Shown here: positions 22,227-29,737 of the stretch, in pieces | Layout of the letters: every line of letters begins with the position of its first letter | Position numbering within the stretch: position 1 is the first letter of the stretch | Assembly: GCA_963702435.1 (NCBI GenBank) | Contig: CAVPCR010000001.1 | Coordinates: forward strand, 160,001 to 224,000 | DNA length: 64,000 nt | Direction of reading: 5' to 3' | Origin: Candidatus Eiseniibacteriota bacterium | Lineage (GTDB): Bacteria > Eisenbacteria > RBG-16-71-46 > CAVPCR01 | Translations under genes and position numbers: made by a program | Notes under the pieces: model-generated | The model's input: only the letters and a program-made list of their open reading frames with translations | Database searches by the model: none | What the model was told of the DNA's origin: nothing

Positions 22227-22307
22227 TAACCGGCCGCCGGCGCGCGAAGCGCGACGGGTACCCACCAGCAACGCTGGTGGGCGGTCCGGTTCACGCGGAG
22301 GTTAGGT
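22227..22307 (-). other. attC site, 5' part (remainder 20918-20935, split by the IS)
   Basis: Rejoined: ACCTAAC CTCCGC GTGAACC...GGTTAC GCGGAGC GTTCTGT. Confidence 0.8.
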
Positions 22308-22325
22308 CTCACTGCAGCTCGCCGG

Positions 22326-22736
22326 TTACTTGGCCCGCATGCGGTTGTTCTTGGCGTGGTGCTCCAGCTCGCAGAGCCCTAGCTCCTCCATCAGTGGCGG
22401 GACGTAGACACCGAACCTCCCCCGAAGCCCTTTCTTTAGCCCGTACCATCCGCCCACTGGATTGCTAGACGACCTTCCCCAAGCCTCCACTGTTCCTTCC
22501 TTCGCTGGCTTCTGCTCATCCGCACCGCCAAGCTCGACCCAATCGCCTGCCTTCTTGAGCATCGCGTGGAGGTCATCGACGCACCGAGCGTCGTAGTGCA
22601 GAACCGTGCTGCCAACCGTGCACACCAGGATCTTCTTCCCGTCTTTCTCGTCGACGTGCATCGTGAACTCAGAAGTCCCCGGCGGGGTCTTCAACTTCCA
22701 CGGGTTGTCTCTTGTTCGATTCAGAGCTGTCCCCAC
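22326..22736 (-). CDS. Conserved hypothetical protein (DUF6855-like), cassette gene
   Basis: PWKLKTPPGTSEF...GTVEAWGRS..NPVGGWYGLKKGLRGRFG; AAGGAG RBS before GTG 22736. Confidence 0.7.
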   Translation of the reverse strand: MGTALNRTRDNPWKLKTPPGTSEFTMHVDEKDGKKILVCTVGSTVLHYDARCVDDLHAMLKKAGDWVELGGADEQKPAKEGTVEAWGRSSSNPVGGWYGLKKGLRGRFGVYVPPLMEELGLCELEHHAKNNRMRAK

Positions 22737-22783
22737 GGTGCTCCTTTCGCTGTGCCGCACCTGCGCACGTGGTTCGTCGTGAG

Positions 22784-22864
22784 GCCTAACGCTCCGCTTC
22801 ACCCGCGGCCCGCGGCGATTCTAGCCCGAACTCGGCTGAGCACCAGAGCGCGGGCCGCCGGGTG
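22784..22864 (-). other. attC site, 3' part (split by intron 3; 5' part 24797-24812)
   Basis: Rejoined: GCATAAC ATCCGC TTG|CACCCGGCGGCCCGCG...CGCGGGCCGCGGGTGAAGCGGAGC GTTAGGC. Confidence 0.85.
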
Positions 22865-24796
22865 GTAGGGTCAGGGAGTGGCGCCTGGGACCAAGTCCTG
22901 GTTTCCACCCCCTGCCACATCAAACCGTACGTGAGGTTTTCCCTCATACGGCTTTCCGACAACCTTCACCTCACGGCATGCAAGGCTGTAGACCGCTCCG
23001 CCCCGTTGGGTAGAAGTACGTCAGGCCGCTCCGGCGCTCCCACGCCACAAAGGCCTCCGGCAACAGCCGGCCGCGCGAACCCCGCCGCTTCTGCAGGAAC
23101 CGCCACAGCCGAAGCCACACGTACCGATCGAGGTCGGCCAGCTTCTTCGTGGAGTTCCCGATCGAGAAGTAGGCCCGCCAGCCGCGGATGATCCGGTTGA
23201 GAGCGCCCACCAACTCGGCGAGATCCACCCGCAGGCGGGTCCGCTCGACGTTTGCTGGCGAATCTTCTCACGTACCGCTTCATCGCCTTCTGGCTCGGCC
23301 ACGCGTAGGGCACCAGACGGCCGGTCCGCCTCGACGGCGTCTTGTGGAAGTGGAAGCCGAGGAAGTCGAAGCCGTCGCTCCCCAGGTCGACCACGCGGGT
23401 CTTCCCCGGATGCAGGGTCAGCTTCAACCGCCCCAGAAACCCGCGATGAGGTCGTGCGCCTGTTGCGCCGCCTCGCGGCTGCGGCAGACGACCACGAAAT
23501 CGTCGCAGTATCGATGGAGTTGGCCGACGCCCGTGTGACGATCGCTCCACCACCTGTCCAGCGTGTGCAGGTAGATGTTGGCCAGAAGGGGGCTGATCAC
23601 CCCGCCCTGGGGAACGCCACACCGAGTCTCGTGCCGCTGCCCGTCGATGAGGACTCCCGCTCGCAGCCACTGGTCGATCAGCTTCAGCACCCGGCGGTCG
23701 CTGATCCGCCGCCGGACGAGACTCATCAGAATCTCGTGGTCCACGTTGTCGAAGTAGCCCTCGATGTCGGCATCGACGACCCACCAACTGCGGACCAGTG
23801 CCTCCTTGACCGCCAGCACCGCTTGCCCCGCGCTGCGTTTGGGTCGATACCCGTACGAGCACGGCAGGAAGTTCGCCTCGAAGAGCGGCTCGATGACGAT
23901 CTTGCACGCCTGCTGGACCACCCGATCTCGAACCGTCGGGATCCCCAGCGGACGCTTGCGACCATCCGGCTTCGGGATCTCCACCCGCAGCACCGGCTGC
24001 GGGCGATACCGCTGCGCCTTCAGGTCCGCGGCGAGGTCTCCGAGAAATGCTCGACGCCGTGGCGCTCCACATCTTCGATGCTCACGCCATCGACGCCGGC
24101 TCGGCCTCGGTTCGCTCGCACTTCTACCCAGGCCCGCCACAGCACGTCGGGCCGGACGATGCGGTCATACAGAGCGTGGAACCGACGGCTCCGACTCCTC
24201 TTGGCCGCAAGATACAGTCGGCGCTGGAGGTCTCGTGACTTTTCTCTCGGGTGTGGTTGGCTCTTGCGAGCATGCACCGTCACTTCCCTCCCCGCTCGAC
24301 ACGGTTGAAGCAGGGGACCTTCCCTCCGATGCGGTTCTGTTGTCCGCACCATCACCGGTACTATGTCCCCCTCCGACTTCTCACGCGGCACCGGCTTGGA
24401 TTTCGCAGCAACGTGCTTATACCACGCCTTCCGCGGGCTGTGGCCCCGCGACCACCGTGAGATCTCCCTTGTTGCCCTGATGGCTGTCCCAGCATTCCGC
24501 TCCCCCTACGCCGGAGGGTTCTTCGAGGCTGCACTTCCAGAGTCTTCGCCTCTTCCGTGGCCTTCGCGTTGCTTGAAACGCTCGGCTCCCTCTTGCTCCC
24601 CTTGCGGGGCTAACATGTCGACGCTGCAGGATTCCCTTGATGGTACGGACTGCTGGTTTGCGCTCCCTTCCCAGGAGGATACTGCGCTTCACCACACCCG
24701 GTCGCCCCGGTGCAGCGGCAGCCTGCTACGCGGCTCTCTGGCGATTACCGCGACCGGACTTGCACCGGCTAGTCATCAGAACCTTTCAAGGCGCAC
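22865..24796 (-). mobile_element. Group II intron, copy 3 (diverged variant, inserted in attC)
   Basis: Same GTGCG/CCCTAC ends and domain V; many substitutions relative to copies 1 and 2. Confidence 0.93.
22971..24283 (-). pseudogene. ltrA: Group II intron RT/maturase, multiply frameshifted
   Basis: RT motifs (RPLGIPT, PQGG, YCDD, FDFLGF) spread over ORFs 24020..24391, 23424..24140, 22966..24072 and 22971..23228. Confidence 0.88.
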
Positions 24797-25106
24797 CAAG
24801 CGGATGTTATGCGTCCAGATCGCGGCGGACCCAACCGCCGTGAATGTCCAGGTTCGCCTGGCCGACGTCGAACGCCGCGGGGTCGGCTGGTTTGCCGACC
24901 CATTCCAGCATCTCTCGGTGTTCCGGATGCTTCGGATTCCCGATGACCTCACGATAGTGTGCGTAGCCGTGGATGCCTCCGACGTCCTCCGGAGGGCACG
25001 CCCGCCTTCCGGCCTCGACGATGGGATACCGTCCGTCATTCCCTGGCGGGAGAAGCGCTTCGAGAATCACCTCGTGCTCCCAGCCATCACCGAAGTCATA
25101 CTCATA

Positions 25107-26231
25107 CTAACCATTTCATAAGTAGGGGATCATATTATGCTTGACAAGGCGATGGTGTTGTGCGATCTACTCGATCATGAAGCGAGTCGATGGTCGAACC
25201 CTCAGTCATAAGACACTTGAAGAGCTTCGCGTGCGCGCCGTCCTGAGAGTAGAGGCGGGGGAGAGCCCGGAAGCAGTGATCCGAGCGTTGGGCTTCTCGC
25301 GAGCCAGGATCTATGAGTGGATCGCTCGTTATCGCGAGGGTGGGCTCGATGCGCTCAAGGCCAAGCCTCTGTACGGGCGGCCACCCGTACTCGACGGCAG
25401 GCAAGTGCGCTGGATCTACAAGGCAGTCACGAAGAAGGATCCACGCCAGTTCCAGTTCGAGTTCGCCCTGTGGACGGTGGCCATGATTCGGGAAGTGATC
25501 CGCCGCCATCTGAACGTGCGCTTGAGTCGGGTCTCCGTCTGGCGTCTGCTGAAGAAGCTCGGGCTGACCCCGCAAAGGCCTTTGCATCGAGCCTACCAGC
25601 AGGACCCCGAGGCAGTGCGGGTCTGGATCGAGGAGGAATACCCGCGCGTCAAGGCGGAGGCCAAGCGCCAGGGCGCCGAGATCTACTTCGGAGATGAAGC
25701 TGGCGTGCGCTCGGACTGCCATGCCGGCACCACGTGGGCACCCCGCGGTCAAACGCCGGTGGTGCGGACGACGGGTGCCCGGTTCGGGCTGAACATGATC
25801 TCGGCCATCAGTGCGCGGGGAAGCTTGCGCTTCATGATCGTCCCCGGCCGTATGACGGCCAGCAAGTTCTGTGATTTCCTGAAGCGACTGCTGCACAAGG
25901 CGCGGCGGCCGGTCTACCTGATCGTCGACGGTCACCCAGCGCACCGGGCGGCTGCAGTGAAGCGCTTTGTGCAGTCCACCAAGGGGCGGCTCCGGCTGTT
26001 CTGTCTTCCCTCCTACTCCCCAGAACTCAACCCGGATGAGCAGGTCTGGAATCACTTGAAGAACCACGGGGTCGGCAAGCGAGCCATTATGGGGCCGGAG
26101 CACCTCAAGAAAGTCGTGCTGGGGCACCTGCGGGCACTACAGAAAAACCGAGACAAGATCCGCTCCTTCTTTTCTGACCCTCACACCAAGTACGCGGCCT
26201 GACCATGAGCGCTTACTTACGAAATGCTTGG
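25107..26231 (+). mobile_element. IS630-family insertion sequence
   Basis: IRs CTAACCATTTCATAAGTAGG / revcomp CCAAGCATTTCGTAAGTAAG; TA duplication. Confidence 0.92.
25177..26202 (+). CDS. IS630-family transposase
   Basis: HTH N-terminus; YFGDEAG, LIVDGHPAH, LPSYSPELNPDEQVW DDE motifs. Confidence 0.92.
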   Translation: MKRVDGRTLSHKTLEELRVRAVLRVEAGESPEAVIRALGFSRARIYEWIARYREGGLDALKAKPLYGRPPVLDGRQVRWIYKAVTKKDPRQFQFEFALWTVAMIREVIRRHLNVRLSRVSVWRLLKKLGLTPQRPLHRAYQQDPEAVRVWIEEEYPRVKAEAKRQGAEIYFGDEAGVRSDCHAGTTWAPRGQTPVVRTTGARFGLNMISAISARGSLRFMIVPGRMTASKFCDFLKRLLHKARRPVYLIVDGHPAHRAAAVKRFVQSTKGRLRLFCLPSYSPELNPDEQVWNHLKNHGVGKRAIMGPEHLKKVVLGHLRALQKNRDKIRSFFSDPHTKYAA

Positions 26232-26535
26232 TATCTCAAACGATCCTTCGGCCGACGGAGTAGCTGGTCAAGGGTCGTCGTCTTCTCACTCAGCCGTATC
26301 AAACCAAGCTCGCGATCTGAGGTCCCGTAGAGCACACCTCCAGCCTCGAATTGGTGCAGGTGACTATCCGTCCAGCCCATGACCGCCTGCAACGAATCGT
26401 GCAACCGCTTCAAGGTGATGCCACCGGGTACGAGGAACCGCCGCCACATCGGCGGCCGTGATCCTCGCAATGTCACCTTGAGCCTGTAGATCGGCCCACC
26501 CGTTTCGCGAATCCTCACCTGAGTCTCCTCTGTAC

Positions 26536-26631
26536 GCATAACGCTTGCCTCAGCCGCGGCGGGCCACCGTCACGGCCGCGCCCAGCTCCTCGATCTCACT
26601 GCCCGCCGGCGGCTGCAGGCGAGTGTTCTGA
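26536..26631 (-). other. attC site
   Basis: R'' TCAGAAC (26625-26631), L'' CTGCAGCC, L' GGCTGAG, R' GTTATGC (26536-26542). Confidence 0.85.
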
Positions 26632-26845
26632 GGCTGGCTCGGCGTCCCCGCTCGTGGCGGCGGTGCCGGCCGTCCCCAGCGCCGCGCCCCGGCCCTCATC
26701 ACCTACGTCCCTTCCGTCCTCCCTACTACCTACGGCCGGCGCCGCGCCGCAACCAACTTCCCCTCGCAACCAAACATCGATCCAGACCACGCTCGCATCT
26801 GACCACATGACCTGATCCACACTCTGCTTCCAGCCCCGTCGGCGC

Positions 26846-26941
26846 TCAGAACGCTGGCCTCAGCCGCGGCGGGCGTTCACCGCGGCCTCTCTCTCACCAC
26901 TCACCTACCCGCCCGCCGGCGGCTGCAGGCGAGTGTTCTGA
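26846..26941 (-). other. attC site
   Basis: R'' TCAGAAC (26935-26941), R' GTTCTGA (26846-26852). Confidence 0.85.
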
Positions 26942-27155
26942 GGCTGGCTCGGCGTCCCTGCTCATGGCGGCGGTGCCGGCCGTCCCCAGCGCGGCGCCCC
27001 GGCCCTCATCACCTGCGCCTCTTCCTGACTCCCTGCCACCTGCGGCCGGCGCCGCGCCGCAACCAACTTCCCCTCCCGACCAAACATCGATCCAGACCAC
27101 GCTCGCATCAGGCCACATGACCTGATCCGCCCTCTGCTTCCAGCCCCGTCAGCAC

Positions 27156-27215
27156 TCAGAACGCTAAGTATCTTGCACGGATAGCCCACCACGGGCCGCC
27201 AGCCACGGGCCAGCT
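27156..27215 (-). other. attI-like array head site
   Basis: GTTCTGA core preceded by TGCAAGATACTTAGC with no attC arm; direct repeat GGCCCGTGG x2 upstream. Confidence 0.5.
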
Positions 27216-27584
27216 ATCGGGATGGGCTGCGAACTGGGATCCCGCCGAATTGGGGACGGCATCCCCACTTTCGCCCTTCGGCTCCGCGCCGGCCGCGGAG
27301 GGCGAACTGGATTGCCTGCGACGAGCCGCAGCGTATTCGGATATGGGTCGCTCTTCGCTCTTGTTGCCTCCGCGCCCCCCGCAGCCGGCTAATGGAGGGC
27401 CTCGCCATCACCAAGGAACTCCCAATTGCTCCGCGCCTCCGGGCTTGCGTGCACGCGCCGGGGTGCGCTTCGCCCCTTCACCGGCGGCATCGCCGGCTAC
27501 GGGGCACCCTCTCTCACCGCTCGAAGGAGCGCTGGCCACGCCGGCCGGCCGCGGCGAGCGGCGGCTTGAGGCCGGCGGTACCGC

Positions 27585-28385
27585 TCAGACCGCCCCGACG
27601 AGGCTATCTCCGACGACTCGCCCGCGGCGGACGCGCCATGGCCGCCGGCCGCCGTAGTGGACGCCTTCCTCAGCAACGCCCGGCGCCGCGCCGCTCGATA
27701 GCGACCCCACCGCCGCCACCGCCTCGGCATCGACCTCGACCACGGCGCCCCGGCCGAGCAAGGTCACGTTGAGAACCAGGCAAACCCGGCGCCGCCTCAC
27801 CCAGGCGACCCGGCCCACGACCCCGCTCAGCAATCCGCTCGCCACTCGCACGAGCATCCCGCGCGCGAGCGACGGCCCTGCGGCGAGATCCACCCCGGCC
27901 GCGAGCGCCCTGCGGATCTGCCGGAGCTCATCCAGCAACAACGCCGGGTGCGGGACCGGGATCACGCGCGCGATCGCCCCGCCTTCGAGGAGCGGCTCCC
28001 GCGCGGAAGGCCCGAGGCAGGCGAACACGTAGCCTGGGAAGAGCGGCACCTGGTGGGCGCGGTGCCGGCCGGAGCTGGCCCGCATTTCGCGAAGAGGAAG
28101 GTAATGGCGGATGCCGAGACGCGCGCAGGCCCGGGCAGCTTTCTTCTCGCACCGGGAGCGCGTGTAGAGGACCGTCCAGCGCTCGCCGGCAGCCGCGGAA
28201 TCGAGGAGGTCCCCCGGCGGCAGTTCTGTGGGATCGAGGAGCACTGCCGAGGCGGGATCCGAGGAGGACGATCCCGCGGGATCGGGGGCGTCGATCACGG
28301 CCGGCCCCGCCTCGCCGATCACTGGCGCGGCCGCTGTCTCCCTCGCTCTCTGCCAGTCGGTCGATGGCGCGGGGGCGGGCTCCAT
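27585..28385 (-). CDS. NusG-paralog transcription antiterminator (RfaH/UpxY/LoaP-like), copy 1
   Basis: NGN domain WTVLYTRSRCEKKAA...HYLPL...PLFPGYVF; KOW motif GMLVRVASGLLSGVVGRV; low-complexity N-terminal extension. Confidence 0.85.
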   Translation of the reverse strand: MEPAPAPSTDWQRARETAAAPVIGEAGPAVIDAPDPAGSSSSDPASAVLLDPTELPPGDLLDSAAAGERWTVLYTRSRCEKKAARACARLGIRHYLPLREMRASSGRHRAHQVPLFPGYVFACLGPSAREPLLEGGAIARVIPVPHPALLLDELRQIRRALAAGVDLAAGPSLARGMLVRVASGLLSGVVGRVAWVRRRRVCLVLNVTLLGRGAVVEVDAEAVAAVGSLSSGAAPGVAEEGVHYGGRRPWRVRRGRVVGDSLVGAV

Positions 28386-28644
28386 CCCAACCTCGATCGG
28401 GTCTCGTCCGTCATCACCGGAGGGAGCGTCTGCCCCCGCCTGGAGCTACCGTAAGTGCAAAGGTATCAGACCGATCGGGCTTCTACAAGCGATGTCTCGC
28501 CACAACTTCTTGTCCCCGGAGCCCGGGCGCCGCCGCATCCTGTCCCCACCGCCGCACGGCCCCCCCGTCAGCCAGAGCCCCGTCAACAAGACCAAGACCC
28601 GGGGATCCCGAGCACCATCTCGCCCTCGTTGCCAGAAGGAAGCG

Positions 28645-29625
28645 CTAGGCCGGGTACTGAACGAGCTGGATCTCATTGCCCGCAGGATCACGCATCGTGG
28701 CCAGGGTGCCTCCCCAGGACTGCCTTTCGGGTGCTCCGGAGAAGACGACTCCGGCGGATGACAGGCGCTCGTGTTCGGTGGCCACGTTCGCCACAGCGAA
28801 AGACAGCCCGGTGAACCGGCCAACGAGCGCTCGATCCTCCGGTGGAGCGTCTTCGGGCAACGCTTCCACAACGAGGTCCAGGCCACCGGCGTCGAACACG
28901 CAGAAGCCGTAGCTCGTGCCGTCGTGCTTCACTGTCAGGCCGAGCATCGATTCGTAGAAGCGCCTCGCCGTGGCCAGCTCGAGCACGAAGATCCGAGCGG
29001 CGGAGAGTTGCATGGGGCTCGTCCTCACGGGCATGCGAGTGCTCACACCGCGGACCGCGTACGGCCCCAGCGCCTCAGCATGGGCGCCGGGTTTCTCTTG
29101 CTGAGGATTCGCGTTGTATGCCGCCGATCCGCCCGGCGGGATGCTGAGATAGCGCCAGTCGGCTCCACACATCGCATGGGCCAGGGATACGATCTGGCCG
29201 ACATGGTAGCTGGCATGAGCCAGCGAGCGGTGAAGCGCCTCGTGAACCGCGAGAGGCTGGCCGCGGATGAGGACCGTCTTCGTGAGATCGGCGTCCGTTA
29301 GCTGCCCCAGGGTCGCCAGCAGGACATCCCAGCCTTGCTGCCACCGGGCGAGGAGCTCGGCCCGAGAGACGGTCCGGACCGCGAACTCCTCATCGCGCTG
29401 TCGCCACGGCTTCTCCCCATCGCTCGCGAGGAAGTCGGTGAACCGCGACCGGAGGTTCCCCGACAGGTGCCAGCACAGAATAGCCAGCGAGTTGCCCTCG
29501 CCCTCGGCGGACCCCGCGGACCCTGCCTGCGAAAGACTGGCCTCGGGTACCTGCGCGAGCGCCGCCTCGGCCACTGCCTTGTACCGGCAGTACTCCGCCT
29601 CGATGGACTTGATGAGGGTGATCAT
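28645..29625 (-). CDS. DinB-like (DUF1572) domain fused in frame to a VOC/glyoxalase domain
   Basis: HLSGNLRSRFTDFL.SDGEKPWR.RD.EF and H.SYHVGQI; then MQLSAARIFV...WGG.LAT.RDPAGNEIQLV. Confidence 0.75.
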   Translation of the reverse strand: MITLIKSIEAEYCRYKAVAEAALAQVPEASLSQAGSAGSAEGEGNSLAILCWHLSGNLRSRFTDFLASDGEKPWRQRDEEFAVRTVSRAELLARWQQGWDVLLATLGQLTDADLTKTVLIRGQPLAVHEALHRSLAHASYHVGQIVSLAHAMCGADWRYLSIPPGGSAAYNANPQQEKPGAHAEALGPYAVRGVSTRMPVRTSPMQLSAARIFVLELATARRFYESMLGLTVKHDGTSYGFCVFDAGGLDLVVEALPEDAPPEDRALVGRFTGLSFAVANVATEHERLSSAGVVFSGAPERQSWGGTLATMRDPAGNEIQLVQYPA

Positions 29626-29737
29626 CGCATGGCTCCCATCCGTTCAGGCGGCCCACTGCGCGCACTCGATCAGCCCGTGGAGAACGAGGAGCAGCGCGAC
29701 CACGAGAAGCACGGCACGCACCCAGTTGCCGCTCGCC

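Larger units (their letters stand above)
24807..26539 (-). pseudogene. Plasmid pRiA4b ORF-3-family protein interrupted by IS630
   Basis: Removing the IS restores RLRYEYDFGDGWEH; also PPMWRRFLVP, MGWTDSHLHQF, GRRACPPEDVGG; stop TAA lies inside R''. Confidence 0.88.
26536..27162 (-). repeat. Two tandem ORF-less cassettes, subtype A (first two positions of the array)
   Basis: 310-bp period; homologous to the units at 7117-8063. Confidence 0.85.

Noticed and set aside
26596..27118. Small conserved peptides (WIDVWSG.EVGCGAAPA) encoded by the repeated cassettes
   Set aside because: The frames run through the attC, starts and stops vary, and the frame is broken or absent in other subtypes; best explained by DNA-level repetition, though not fully excluded.
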